From assembly GCA_963817385.1 (NCBI GenBank), contig CAWFOM010000008.1, positions 37,358-101,357 of the forward strand: a DNA stretch of 64,000 nt. The letters run 5' to 3'. Positions 54,493-64,000 of the stretch are shown here, one piece after another. The stretch's first letter is position 1. Each line of letters opens with the position of its first letter. The notes under the pieces are model-generated. The model was given only the letters and a program-made list of their open reading frames with translations, ran no database searches and was not told where the DNA came from. Made by a program: the position numbers and the translations under genes. Origin of the DNA: an uncultured delta proteobacterium (GTDB taxonomy: Bacteria > Desulfobacterota > Syntrophia > Syntrophales > UBA5619).

Positions 54493-54546
54493 ATCCTCCG
54501 ATCCCTCTGAACCACGATCCGTTGAGTGTGATCCCCGATAATCCGT

Positions 54547-55434
54547 TCATCCCCGGGGATGGTACTTCCGGTGAATCTCCTTAAGCCGATCCCGTGTCAC
54601 ATGCGTGTAGATCTGCGTGGTGGAGATATCAGCATGCCCCAGCATGATCTGCACGGAACGCAGATCGGCCCCCCCTTCGAGCAGGTGGGAGGCAAACGAG
54701 TGCCGAAAGGTGTGGGGATGAACTTTCTTCCCCAGATTCGCTCGCGCCGCATATTTTTTCACGATCTTCCAAAAACCCTGCCTGGTCAGTCCGCCGCCGG
54801 AGCGGTTCAGAAACAGGCGGTCGTTATGCAGCCCCTTCACCAATTGAGGCCTTGCCTCTTCGATATACCGTTTCACCTGATCGTACGCAATATGCCCCAC
54901 GGGGACGATCCGTTCTTTACCCCCTTTCCCCATAGCGATCAGATACCCTACCTGCCAGTTGATACTGTTGACCGTCAGATCGATCAGTTCCGACACCCGG
55001 ATCCCCGTCGCATACATGATCTCGAGCATCGCGGTATCCCGGAGAGCGGCGGGCGTTGCCGAACCCGGCTGCATGAGCATGAGGCTCATCTCTTCCCGGC
55101 TCAGAACGTCGGGAAGGTGCATCCAGACCCGGGCGAGTTCGACATGGGCCACGGGTGTGCTTTCCATCTTCCCGCCACGAAGAAGATAGTTATAAAACCC
55201 GCGGATTGCCGCCAGAGCTCGATTTACACTATTCGCGGCAAGCCCCTCACCTCGAAGATGGGCAAGATAGGAAATCAACTCTTCCGGCCCGATCTCTTGT
55301 ATTTCGTTTATTTTGAGACCGCTGATAAAAGCCGCATAACGGTTTAGATCCCGACTATACCCGTCCAAGGTGTTCCGGGAAGCCCCTTTTTCGATCGCCA
55401 GAAAATGCAAATATTCATCTATCAAATCATGCAT
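54547..55434 (-). CDS. xerD: site-specific tyrosine recombinase XerD
   Basis: YATGIRVSEL, GKGGKER, HTFRHSFASH, LGHADISTTQIYTHV. Confidence 0.92.
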   Translation of the reverse strand: MHDLIDEYLHFLAIEKGASRNTLDGYSRDLNRYAAFISGLKINEIQEIGPEELISYLAHLRGEGLAANSVNRALAAIRGFYNYLLRGGKMESTPVAHVELARVWMHLPDVLSREEMSLMLMQPGSATPAALRDTAMLEIMYATGIRVSELIDLTVNSINWQVGYLIAMGKGGKERIVPVGHIAYDQVKRYIEEARPQLVKGLHNDRLFLNRSGGGLTRQGFWKIVKKYAARANLGKKVHPHTFRHSFASHLLEGGADLRSVQIMLGHADISTTQIYTHVTRDRLKEIHRKYHPRG

Positions 55435-55635
55435 GTTTTTTTTTAACTTAAATGAGACAGAGAAGCAAAGACTTTTTGACTCATCTGTTTCCGGCGTACC
55501 GCGCGTGTCTCCCCCGCCACGCATAAGCACGGCGAGGGAATAATCACCTAAATGGTCGAGGAGGCGCCAGTCGCACGGCTTGCCGGGCCATCAGCACCCG
55601 CCTTTCCAAGCTGAAAGAGGGATCGAGAAACCTTA

Positions 55636-56060
55636 ATGCCTGATCCACCAGACTCCGTATCCAGGATTCTCCTCCGGACGCGGGAGGGTGCATCCACGAT
55701 CCGTGAAGAGATCATGGTTCTGTTGTCCCTCCCCGCGGGAGAGGAGCGGGAGGCCCTCTCCAGGAAGGCCGATCCGAATATCAGGTCTTTCGCGACGCCG
55801 GCGCTTCCCGATATCTCCTCACGGAAGAGACCGCTTCACGGACATTCACTTCCGCATGCGCCCGCGATGCATACTGGACCTCCTACGATGCGTGAAAACC
55901 CCGGACGATCTCGGTTATGAGGTAGGCATGGAAAACATCGTCGGTCTTCCCGGCCGGTCTCGGGAGACACCGCCCGAGGACCTCCCCCTGATGAGGGACA
56001 TAGATTCGGACATGCTGGTGATCGGTCTTTGATCCCCAATTTGCCGATACCCAGCTGCCG
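55636..56060 (+). pseudogene. hydE: HydE-like [FeFe]-hydrogenase maturase (radical SAM) remnant
   Basis: Three frames: REEIMVLLS..REALSRKAD / EYQVFRDAGASRYLLTEET / LGYEVGMENIVGLPG..EDL..DMLVIG; no CxxxCxxC. Confidence 0.7.
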
Positions 56061-56088
56061 GGGCGGCATACGGGTGAAGGGAGATGAC

Positions 56089-57771
56089 TCAAGGATTCCC
56101 GGAAAGGATCAGTTTTCGGTCAACAAAGAGGGAGTCTGCCGGCTTTAGGTGATTCAGCTCGGCAAGGAGACGGACCGTCGTGCCGTGCCGTCGGGCTATC
56201 GTCGCTAGCGTATCGCCCCTCTTGACCCGGTAGATGACCTGTCCCGCCTTTTTGACCGGGGAGCGATTCCCGTTGTTGATCGGCCTCTTTTCCTCCACCG
56301 TATCCTCATATTTACCGGGAATCTTCAAGACACGGTTTACCGTGAGGGGATCGCGGGGCTTCATGCGGTTCAGTTTCAGGAGGATAGCGACCGACGTTCC
56401 GCTCTTTCGGGCGATCCTCTCAAGAGTATCCCCTTTTTTGACGCGATACTGGGAACCCTTCGCCTGAATAGGAGGGGGTTCCCCGGCCTTCACCGGTGCA
56501 GGAGTTCCATCCCTCAACGCGGAGACACCTCCCGCCGTCCGGCTTCCTTCCCTCTTCGTTACTCCGACATCCCCGCTCCCCTGATCATCTCGCTTCTTCT
56601 CCTCATCACTCTCGCCTGAAGCAGATACGTCAGCGGGCGGGACAGGCGGCAGGAACTCGATGATGGATCGGGCAATACTCTCAGCGATCCGCGTCTGGAA
56701 ACGGTCGCTCTTCAGGAGCTTTTCTTCCTTCGGGTTGGAGATGTAAGCGGTTTCGATCAGAACCGACGGGATATCGGGAAGCTTGAGCACGAGGAACGGT
56801 GCCTCCTGAACGGTCACGAATTTCAGATGATTCTCCTCTTCGAGATGACGGAGAAGACCGCCGCCGAAGGTTCTTGACCGGTTGATGGCATGGGTCTGGA
56901 ACAGGTCGAGGATGATCGGATCGGAGGCCTCGCCGCCCTCTCCATTGGGGACGCCGCCGAGGACGTCGGCCAGGTTTTCATTCCGTGCAAGAATCTTCGC
57001 CGCCTCGCTGCTCGCCCCTCCGGTGGAGATGCAGTAGACGGAACTGCCGCCGGCCGTCCGGTTTTTCGCCGCATCCGCATGGATGCTGATGAAGATGTCC
57101 GCCCCGTATTCCCTGGCAATCATGAGCCTCTTCTTAAAGGAGACATAATAGTCGCCGTCGCGGGTCAGAAAGGCACGGTAACCCGACCGCCCGTTCAGCG
57201 TCTTCCGCAGTTTTCTGCTGATGGAAAGCACCACGTCCTTCTCAAAGGCGCCTCTCTTGCCGACCGCCCCCACCGCCTCTCCCCCGTGTCCGGGATCGAT
57301 CACGACGATCCGGTCCTTCCGGGTTGTCTTGACATGCCCACGCGACTCGCTTTCCAGCCTGGCGACATCCGGCAGAACGATATCGATAACGATCCGGTAC
57401 GGTTGATCCTGAAATTTCTTCAGCTTGAAAACAGTTGTCTGTACCTGGGGAGGGAGAAGCAACTCAACGCGTACCCCGGAATGGGCCTGGGGAGAAACAG
57501 CGATACCCTCCACTCCCGGTTTGTTGAGCAAAAGAAGGTGGGGAATGCGGGAGGGAAAGGCGGTTTCGTCCAGATCAACGACAATCTTCCGCTCCCCCTT
57601 TTCCACGGTGAACCGGCAATCATCGGTTGTATCGATGACGACCCGTGTGTGGTCGGGCGCCACCCAGTGTCGGATGTTCAAGATCTGGTTCAAGGCCAGT
57701 GCAGAGGGGGGCCAGGCGGATCCAAAGAGCCACACGGCCAATATCATGAAGCACTTAAGCGTACGCGACAT
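56089..57771 (-). CDS. amiC: N-acetylmuramoyl-L-alanine amidase (AMIN, Amidase_3, two LysM)
   Basis: IDPGHGG, EKDVVL, SIHAD, LIETAYISN; two YRVKxGDTL repeats. Confidence 0.88.
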   Translation of the reverse strand: MSRTLKCFMILAVWLFGSAWPPSALALNQILNIRHWVAPDHTRVVIDTTDDCRFTVEKGERKIVVDLDETAFPSRIPHLLLLNKPGVEGIAVSPQAHSGVRVELLLPPQVQTTVFKLKKFQDQPYRIVIDIVLPDVARLESESRGHVKTTRKDRIVVIDPGHGGEAVGAVGKRGAFEKDVVLSISRKLRKTLNGRSGYRAFLTRDGDYYVSFKKRLMIAREYGADIFISIHADAAKNRTAGGSSVYCISTGGASSEAAKILARNENLADVLGGVPNGEGGEASDPIILDLFQTHAINRSRTFGGGLLRHLEEENHLKFVTVQEAPFLVLKLPDIPSVLIETAYISNPKEEKLLKSDRFQTRIAESIARSIIEFLPPVPPADVSASGESDEEKKRDDQGSGDVGVTKREGSRTAGGVSALRDGTPAPVKAGEPPPIQAKGSQYRVKKGDTLERIARKSGTSVAILLKLNRMKPRDPLTVNRVLKIPGKYEDTVEEKRPINNGNRSPVKKAGQVIYRVKRGDTLATIARRHGTTVRLLAELNHLKPADSLFVDRKLILSGNP

Positions 57772-57983
57772 ATCCTCATACCGACAATTTTTCTCTGAAT
57801 GTATCAGCTCCGGATTGCAATTTCAACCCTGATCGCGAAAAACAGATTGACAATGCCTGCCGTTGATGGCAAGGATAGCGCCGCCCCGCCATCTGCGGCT
57901 TCCACGGAAAATAGTTGAATATTCCCGCTGCACGGTGTATGTGTAACGGTGATATTCGGTCTAGCAGAGGGGCATCCGCGAGA

Positions 57984-58060
57984 GGGCGATTAGCTCAGTT
58001 GGATAGAGCGCTGGTCTCCGGAACCAGAGGCCGTGGGTTCAAGTCCCACATCGCCTACCA
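57984..58060 (+). tRNA. tRNA-Arg(CCG)
   Basis: GGGCGATTAGCTCAGTTGGATAGAG...CTGGT-CTCCGGA-ACCAG...ATCGCCTACCA. Confidence 0.93.
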
Positions 58061-58123
58061 GAGTGAAAAGTCTTGATTTGCACGGAGACTTGGTATAGAA
58101 GGCAAATTCATTTCTAAAGATGG

Positions 58124-58169
58124 ACTCCTTGCCCGGACCTTGCGCCCGGGCTATAGAGCCGAAAGGAGG
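58124..58169 (+). promoter_or_regulatory. S6:S18 ribosomal protein leader RNA
   Basis: CTCCTT pairs with AAGGAG (the SD); inner GCCCGG/CCGGGC stem; unpaired CCG before the SD. Confidence 0.65.
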
Positions 58170-58176
58170 CAACAGA

Positions 58177-58632
58177 TTGAGAAGATACGAAACAATACTT
58201 ATTGCCCATGTCGATCTTTCCGAGGATGAGTTGAGCAACCTCATCGACCGTTATGGAGGTATCGTAACGGGACAAAAGGGCATCCTGGTCAAAGTCGAAC
58301 GGTGGGGGAAGAGAAGGCTCGCCTATCTGATCAGGAAACAGGCGAGGGGATTCTACATCCTGATTGACTATGCGGGCGTCAGCGCCGTTGTCAATGAGCT
58401 GGAGAGAAACCTCAAGATCGATGACAAGATCCTCAAGTTCATGACCGTTCTGAAAGCGGATACGGTCGACCCCGAGGCGCTGGAGCAGGAGATCGCAAGC
58501 GCCGCAGGGAAAGAAGAGAAGAAGGAGACTCCCCCGGCCGTCGTTACGGCAGAAACAGGCGCATCCGGTGCGGCCGATGCCCAGTCTTCAGTTCCGGAAG
58601 AAACCAATGCGAAGGGGGATAAGGAATCATGA
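58177..58632 (+). CDS. rpsF: 30S ribosomal protein S6
   Basis: [21 protein letters not shown] start. Confidence 0.95.
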   Translation: MRRYETILIAHVDLSEDELSNLIDRYGGIVTGQKGILVKVERWGKRRLAYLIRKQARGFYILIDYAGVSAVVNELERNLKIDDKILKFMTVLKADTVDPEALEQEIASAAGKEEKKETPPAVVTAETGASGAADAQSSVPEETNAKGDKES

Positions 58633-58901
58633 TAACAACACCTGCATCCAGGGGCTCGAAAGGGCCAAGACCGCAGAAAAAATTCTTTCATCGACGAAAG
58701 TTCTGCCGTTTCTGTACCGATTCTACTCTGAAGATCGAATACAAAGACTCACAGACCCTCAGAGATTTCACGACGGAGAGAGGCAAGATCATGCCGCGGC
58801 GGATTACGGGAAATTGCGCAAAGCATCAACGGGAATTGACCGTGGCCATCAAAAGGGCGCGCACGATCGCCCTGCTGCCCTTTGTCGTCTCCGAAGGATA
58901 A
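58629..58901 (+). CDS. rpsR: 30S ribosomal protein S18 (Cys-containing)
   Basis: [21 protein letters not shown]. Confidence 0.96.
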   Translation: MITTPASRGSKGPRPQKKFFHRRKFCRFCTDSTLKIEYKDSQTLRDFTTERGKIMPRRITGNCAKHQRELTVAIKRARTIALLPFVVSEG

Positions 58902-59126
58902 ATCGACACCCCGACAGCCGCGGCATCGGTCATGCCTCCGTAACCGCTGCTGTCGAGTTTCCCCCGGAAGAGGAACCGGCTGCAGAATTTTCTCCTTTGC
59001 ATATCCACTCAATGATCCGAGTCATCTCTTTTCGCAGAAGATCTTTCCCGAATGGTGCAGTGGTCTTCCGAAAAGAGAAGAAAGTCCGGATAAGATCGGG
59101 GGGGATCCTCTTGAATGTAAGGGCAT

Positions 59127-60113
59127 ATGACGTGGCGGGTAGGGCAATTGGGAAAAACGGGACTTGGTATTCATAGCGAAGTGATCCGGGGCAGTGCGGT
59201 CCTCTCCCTGACCCTTCTCATTGTGGCGCTGATCCCCTTCGTCGGACCGGTCGTGATCATCATGACCCCCCTGCCGATCCTCTACTACTACTCCCGTCTC
59301 GGCAGGATGCGGGGATTGGCGGCCTTGGCTGTTGCCTTGCTCACTGTTTCCGGAATCCTCACGCTTCTGGGGCACCGTGCGAACATCTCCGTCCTGTTGA
59401 TGATCGCCTTTACCGGCGTGATGATTTCGGAGGTTCTCAAAAGGCGGTATTCCATCGAAAAGACCTTCATCCTTGCGTCGCTGGCATTGTTTTTTTGCGG
59501 AGTCGGGTTCGTGCTTTATACTGCGCTTCTCAGCGGCGTCGCACCCTGGCGGATGGTGGAGCTTACGATAGAAGGGATAATCGGTGAAAATCTCAAATTA
59601 TACGAACAGCTCAATATCTCCGAGGATCAGATCGGGATGATCCGGGAGAATGCCCCGCAGATCATCGGTTTTTTTACCGGCATCTTTCCCGCGCTGGCCC
59701 TGTCAGGCGCCGTTCTGACCGTCTGGCTGAATGTCATGACCGGACGTTCGCTCCTCGGGAGAAACACCGATCTGTTTCCCGATTTTGGTGATCTGTGCCT
59801 TTGGAAAGCGCCGGAAAAACTCGTCTGGCTGTTGATCGTCTCGGGGGCGATGACCCTTGCGCCCGCTGACATTCTCGATATCGTGGGATTGAACCTGCTT
59901 ATCGTCTGCTGTCTGGTCTATCTTTTCCAGGGGATGGCAATCACCGGGTTTTTTTTCAGGCAAAGGAAAGTTCCCCGCATGTTGCGGTGGTTGTTTTATA
60001 CCCTCATCGTGGTGCAGCAATATATGGTAGTTCTTGTGATCGCCTTCGGTCTGTTCGATATCTGGATCGATTTCCGAAAAAGGATCGCAGGAATAAAAGA
60101 CGTACCGGTATAA
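59127..60113 (+). CDS. YybS/DUF2232 family membrane protein
   Basis: Polytopic; GLFDIWIDFRKR; lies between rpsR and rplI; start uncertain. Confidence 0.82.
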   Translation: MTWRVGQLGKTGLGIHSEVIRGSAVLSLTLLIVALIPFVGPVVIIMTPLPILYYYSRLGRMRGLAALAVALLTVSGILTLLGHRANISVLLMIAFTGVMISEVLKRRYSIEKTFILASLALFFCGVGFVLYTALLSGVAPWRMVELTIEGIIGENLKLYEQLNISEDQIGMIRENAPQIIGFFTGIFPALALSGAVLTVWLNVMTGRSLLGRNTDLFPDFGDLCLWKAPEKLVWLLIVSGAMTLAPADILDIVGLNLLIVCCLVYLFQGMAITGFFFRQRKVPRMLRWLFYTLIVVQQYMVVLVIAFGLFDIWIDFRKRIAGIKDVPV

Positions 60114-60161
60114 ATCTCGGATGGCGTCGATTACCGCCGCCATCTCCCAAGGAGGAATGAC

Positions 60162-60608
60162 ATGAAGGTCATTTTACGGCAAAATGTTGAATCTCTCGGT
60201 AAGGCGGGAGAGACAATCAAGGTCGCGGACGGCTACGCACGGAACTACCTGATTCCCAAGGAACTCGCCGCGGAAGCGAACACTCGGAATCTCAAAGTGT
60301 TCGAGCATGAAAAGAAGCGTATCCTGCAGCAGGCGGAGAAGATTCAGAAGCAGGCCGAAGAGACGGCGGCGAAACTGGCCGGGGTGACCTGCACCATCGC
60401 CCGACGCGTCGGAGAGCAGGAAAAACTCTTCGGATCGGTGGGGGTGAAGGACATCGAGGAGGCGCTGGCCGCCCAGGGGATCGAGATCGACAAGAGGAAC
60501 ATCCTCCTGGATGAACCGATCAAGTCGCTCGGCGAATTTCCCGTCCGGATCAAACTGAGCGCCGGCGTGTCCGCCGAAATCAAGATCGCCGTCGTGGCCG
60601 AAGCGTGA
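60162..60608 (+). CDS. rplI: 50S ribosomal protein L9
   Basis: VADGYARNYLIP, KLFGSV, PIKSLG. Confidence 0.96.
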   Translation: MKVILRQNVESLGKAGETIKVADGYARNYLIPKELAAEANTRNLKVFEHEKKRILQQAEKIQKQAEETAAKLAGVTCTIARRVGEQEKLFGSVGVKDIEEALAAQGIEIDKRNILLDEPIKSLGEFPVRIKLSAGVSAEIKIAVVAEA

Positions 60609-60660
60609 AGGATCTCACCCGCAGGGGAAGTTTTGCCGACCCGTTATGAGGGCATCAACC

Positions 60661-62016
60661 ATGAAGGAGATCGATGCCTCCCTGCATAAGGTGCCTCCCC
60701 AGAACATCGAGGCGGAACAGTCCGTTCTGGGGGGCATCCTGCTTGACAATCTTGCTCTGAACACGGTTCTGGAGCTGCTGGAGACGTCTGACTTCTACAG
60801 CGAAGCCCACCGGAAGATCTTTTCCTCGATCATCGACCTCTCCAATCGGAACGAACCGTGCGATCTGATAACGCTCAGCAACATCCTCAAGGATCAGAAG
60901 CGGATCGAACAGGTCGGGGGGACCGCCTATCTTGCCTCGCTGGTGGATAATGTCTCCTCAGCCGTCAATATCGGCTATTACGCAAAGATCATCAAGGAGA
61001 AAAGCATCCTGCGCCGCCTCATCGGCACGGCCACCGAAATCCTCAACAAGACGTACGACTCGAGCATGGACGTCGACAGCGTCCTCGATGAGGCTGAGCA
61101 CGCCATCTTCGAGATCTCCGAGAACAAGATTCGGCCGTCCTTCTACCCGATGCGCGATATCATTAAGGACAGCTTCAAGACGATCGAACGGCTCTATGCC
61201 AATAAGGAGCTGGTCACGGGGGTTTCGACCGGATTCGACAAGATCGACGACCTGACATCAGGTCTCCAGAGATCCGACTTGATCATCATCGCCGGACGAC
61301 CGAGCATGGGGAAAACGGCCTTTGCCTTGAATATCGCCCAGCATGCCGCCCTGGAGATGGGCGTTCCCGTGGCGGTCTTCTCCCTGGAAATGTCCAAGGA
61401 GCAGCTGGCGACCCGTATGCTGGCCGCGGAGGCCCGTGTCGATTCGCAGCGCCTGCGCAAAGGATTCCTCGGGGAGACGGACTGGCCGAAACTCACGACG
61501 GCCGCGGGACGCCTCTCCGAGGCGCCGATCTATATCGACGACACCCCCGCAATCACCGTCATCGAGATGAAAGCCAAATCCCGCCGCCTCAAGTCCGAGG
61601 CCGGCCTGGGGCTCATCGTCCTGGATTATCTCCAGCTTATGCGGGGAAGCGCTTACAAGGATTCGCGGGAGCAGGAGATTTCGGAAATCAGCCGTTCCCT
61701 CAAGGGACTCGCGAAGGAGCTCTCCGTCCCGGTGATCGCCCTGTCCCAGCTCAACCGAAAGGTGGAGGACAGAACCAGCCGCCGACCGCAGATGGCGGAC
61801 CTGCGGGAATCGGGGGCCATCGAACAAGATGCGGACCTGATCGCCTTCATCTACCGGGACGAGGTCTACAACCGGTCGGACGACAACCCGGAAAAGGGGA
61901 TCGCCGAGATCATCATCGGCAAGCAGAGAAACGGACCGACCGGTATCGTCAAGCTGGCGTTCCAGGAAAAATATACCCGTTTTGAGAACCTTGCCCGCGT
62001 CGATGACGGGCATTAG
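60661..62016 (+). CDS. dnaB: replicative DNA helicase
   Basis: EAEQSVLG, GRPSMGKT, DYLQL, DLRESGAIEQDAD; no intein. Confidence 0.97.
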   Translation: MKEIDASLHKVPPQNIEAEQSVLGGILLDNLALNTVLELLETSDFYSEAHRKIFSSIIDLSNRNEPCDLITLSNILKDQKRIEQVGGTAYLASLVDNVSSAVNIGYYAKIIKEKSILRRLIGTATEILNKTYDSSMDVDSVLDEAEHAIFEISENKIRPSFYPMRDIIKDSFKTIERLYANKELVTGVSTGFDKIDDLTSGLQRSDLIIIAGRPSMGKTAFALNIAQHAALEMGVPVAVFSLEMSKEQLATRMLAAEARVDSQRLRKGFLGETDWPKLTTAAGRLSEAPIYIDDTPAITVIEMKAKSRRLKSEAGLGLIVLDYLQLMRGSAYKDSREQEISEISRSLKGLAKELSVPVIALSQLNRKVEDRTSRRPQMADLRESGAIEQDADLIAFIYRDEVYNRSDDNPEKGIAEIIIGKQRNGPTGIVKLAFQEKYTRFENLARVDDGH

Positions 62017-62031
62017 GCTTCATCCTCTGAT

Positions 62032-62925
62032 TCAGGCCTCGATCAGTTTGGTCTCCCGGCCCAGATAAGGAATGGCAAGTCCCAGTTTTCGGAGGGCCTG
62101 TTTTTCGATCTGCCTGGCCCGTTCCCGGGTGATGTGATAGCGGTCGCCGATCGCCTGCAGGGTGAGGGGGACATCCGCCATCACGCGGTTCCTGATGATA
62201 AAGCTCTCCTTTTCGCTGAGCTTGGCAAGCGCCCCGGCGATGTTGTGCCGGACGAGCGTCATCTCCTCCTTCCTGATCAGGGCCGCCTCCTGATCCTCCC
62301 CTTCGTACATCAGGTAATCCATGTGCGTCGACTCACCGTCCGCGGTCACCTGGGCGTCGAGTGAAAGATCGCGGCCGCTCATCCGGATGTCCATCTCCTC
62401 GATCTCCTCCGGACGGACCCCGAGCGTTTCGGCGATTTCTCCGAATTCCGGACGCTTCTCGGAGAGATTCTCCAATCGCTTCTTGGCCTGACTGAGTTTG
62501 AAAAATAGTTTGCGCTGCGCCTGTGTCGTGCCGATTTTGACCAGGCTCCAGGATTTAATGATGTAATTCTGAATGTAGGCCCTGATCCACCAGACGGCGT
62601 ACGAGATGAGGCGGTAACCCTTGTACGGATCAAACTTCTTCACTGCATGCATGAGGCCGATGTTGCCCTCCTGGACGAGATCTGCAAGCTTGAGTCCGTA
62701 ATTCCGATATTCATGGGCGATCTTGACGACGAAGCGCAGATTCGAGACGACCAGTTTTTCCGCCGCTTCCATATCATTGTACTTCACGAGTCTGACGGCA
62801 AGGCGAAACTCCTCGTCAGCCGTCAGAATGGGAAAGCGGCTGATCTCGGTAATATAGAGATCGAGTGTCCCGGTTACCGCAGGAACTTCCAAAACTTCGT
62901 CCTCCTTATGGCCATGATGAATCAT
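62032..62925 (-). CDS. rpoH: RNA polymerase sigma-32 factor
   Basis: DLVQEGNIGL; RpoH box WSLVKIGTTQAQRKLFF. Confidence 0.9.
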   Translation of the reverse strand: MIHHGHKEDEVLEVPAVTGTLDLYITEISRFPILTADEEFRLAVRLVKYNDMEAAEKLVVSNLRFVVKIAHEYRNYGLKLADLVQEGNIGLMHAVKKFDPYKGYRLISYAVWWIRAYIQNYIIKSWSLVKIGTTQAQRKLFFKLSQAKKRLENLSEKRPEFGEIAETLGVRPEEIEEMDIRMSGRDLSLDAQVTADGESTHMDYLMYEGEDQEAALIRKEEMTLVRHNIAGALAKLSEKESFIIRNRVMADVPLTLQAIGDRYHITRERARQIEKQALRKLGLAIPYLGRETKLIEA

Positions 62926-62992
62926 TATTTCATACAACGGATGACTCCGGGCAGTCAATCTCTTTCCGCCCAGAGACCTCATGCAACCTCCC

Positions 62993-63021
62993 TTGACATC
63001 CCCTCCTGTGGTGTTTACTTT
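62993..63021 (+). promoter_or_regulatory. sigma70-like promoter of clpB
   Basis: TTGACA-N17-TACTTT. Confidence 0.45.
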
Positions 63022-63067
63022 ACGATCTCATTAACGGTTAGTGCATATCAGAAGGAGGAGGACCTCT

Positions 63068-64000
63068 ATGAGATTCGATAAATTCACCTTGAAGGTTCAA
63101 GAGGCAATTCAGGAGGCGCAGGGGCTGGCAGCTCAGTACGGGCACCAGGCCATTGATGGGGAGCATCTGCTTCTTTCACTTCTCAAACAGCCGGAGGGCA
63201 TCATCTCCGAAATCATCAAAAAACTCGGCGCCGATCCCCGGCATATCGAGAAGGAGGTACGAAAGGCCTTGGAGCGGCTTCCGAAAGTAGAGGGCGTAAG
63301 CGGCGGACAGGCCTATATGACACCAAGACTAAACAAGATCTTGGACGCAGCGCTCAGCGAGGCGGCACGGCTCACCGACGAATATGTCAGCGCGGAACAC
63401 GTTCTTATCGCCATGGCCGATGAAAAGGACTCTGCGACGGCGAGGATTCTCAGCGCCGCGGGTGTCACAAAGGATGCGATCTTCAAAGTTCTTGTGGAAA
63501 TCCGGGGGAATCAGCGGATAACCGATCCCAACCCGGAAGAGAAGTACCAGGCGTTGAAGCGATACGCCCGCGATTTTAACGAGCTTGCGAGAAACGGTTC
63601 CTTCGATCCCGTTATCGGTCGGGATGAGGAGATCAGAAGGATCATGCAGGTCCTTTCCCGCCGGACAAAAAACAACCCCATCCTGATCGGTGAACCGGGC
63701 GTCGGGAAGACCGCGATCGTGGAAGGGCTGGCCCAGCGGATCGTCAACGGTGACGTGCCGGAGAATCTCAAAGACAAGCGGGTTATCGGTCTCGATATTG
63801 GCGCTCTCATCGCCGGGGCGAAGTACCGGGGTGAGTTTGAAGAGCGACTGAAGGCCGTTCTGAAGGAGGTCACCTCAGCACAGGGAGAGATCATTCTTTT
63901 TATCGACGAGATTCATACCGTGGTCGGCGCCGGCGCCGCAGAAGGTTCCATGGATGCCTCCAATATGCTCAAGCCAGCCCTGGCGAGAGGAGAACTCCGC
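63068..64000 (+). CDS. clpB: ATP-dependent chaperone ClpB, 3' end runs off the window
   Basis: Not in ORF track; [14 protein letters not shown]..., [33 protein letters not shown]. Confidence 0.93.
   Translation, partial: MRFDKFTLKVQEAIQEAQGLAAQYGHQAIDGEHLLLSLLKQPEGIISEIIKKLGADPRHIEKEVRKALERLPKVEGVSGGQAYMTPRLNKILDAALSEAARLTDEYVSAEHVLIAMADEKDSATARILSAAGVTKDAIFKVLVEIRGNQRITDPNPEEKYQALKRYARDFNELARNGSFDPVIGRDEEIRRIMQVLSRRTKNNPILIGEPGVGKTAIVEGLAQRIVNGDVPENLKDKRVIGLDIGALIAGAKYRGEFEERLKAVLKEVTSAQGEIILFIDEIHTVVGAGAAEGSMDASNMLKPALARGELR

Noticed and set aside
54547..55434. Tyrosine recombinase as a possible phage or island integrase
   Set aside because: Size and motifs fit chromosomal XerD; housekeeping neighbours; no att repeats.
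62926..63067. CIRCE, HAIR or sigma32 site between rpoH and clpB
   Set aside because: No adequate match to TTAGCACTC-N9-GAGTGCTAA, CTTGAGT-N7-ACTCAAG or CTTGAA..CCCCAT.

Overview
Mostly GC-rich core chromosome of a Gram-negative anaerobe. Gene content and order suggest Desulfobacterota (Syntrophales-like); this is inference only. Housekeeping blocks: dprA-topA-trmFO; ligA-acyP; adk; lepA-hemW; coaBC-udg-nfeD-slipin; xerD-TPR-kdsA-kdsC-lptCAB-rpoN-hpf-ptsN-rapZ; amiC; rpsF-rpsR-yybS-rplI-dnaB; divergent rpoH/clpB. Also present: a TAXI-TRAP transporter with a divergent Ldh_2 dehydrogenase, a transglutaminase-ABC module, pdaD-speB, and six tRNAs (Lys-CTT, Arg-TCG, His-GTG, Arg-TCT, fMet, Arg-CCG). 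Signals the ORF track misses: (1) an FmdB-type zinc-ribbon gene whose apparent TGA stop lies in a Cys-rich tail (C-G-P-S-TGA-G-H) followed by a bacterial SECIS-like hairpin, i.e. a probable selenoprotein; (2) an AT-rich islet beside tRNA-fMet with a tRNA-Sec 3' fragment and an orphan ORF; (3) a G7 tract that separates the udg N-terminus from its catalytic frame; (4) a Mut7-C gene without a nearby stop, open antisense across the TRAP permease; (5) hydE and class III cyclase pseudogenes; (6) small MITE/PATE-like elements, a sigma54-type small ORF and an S6:S18-type leader. No CRISPR array, intact transposase or prophage was seen.
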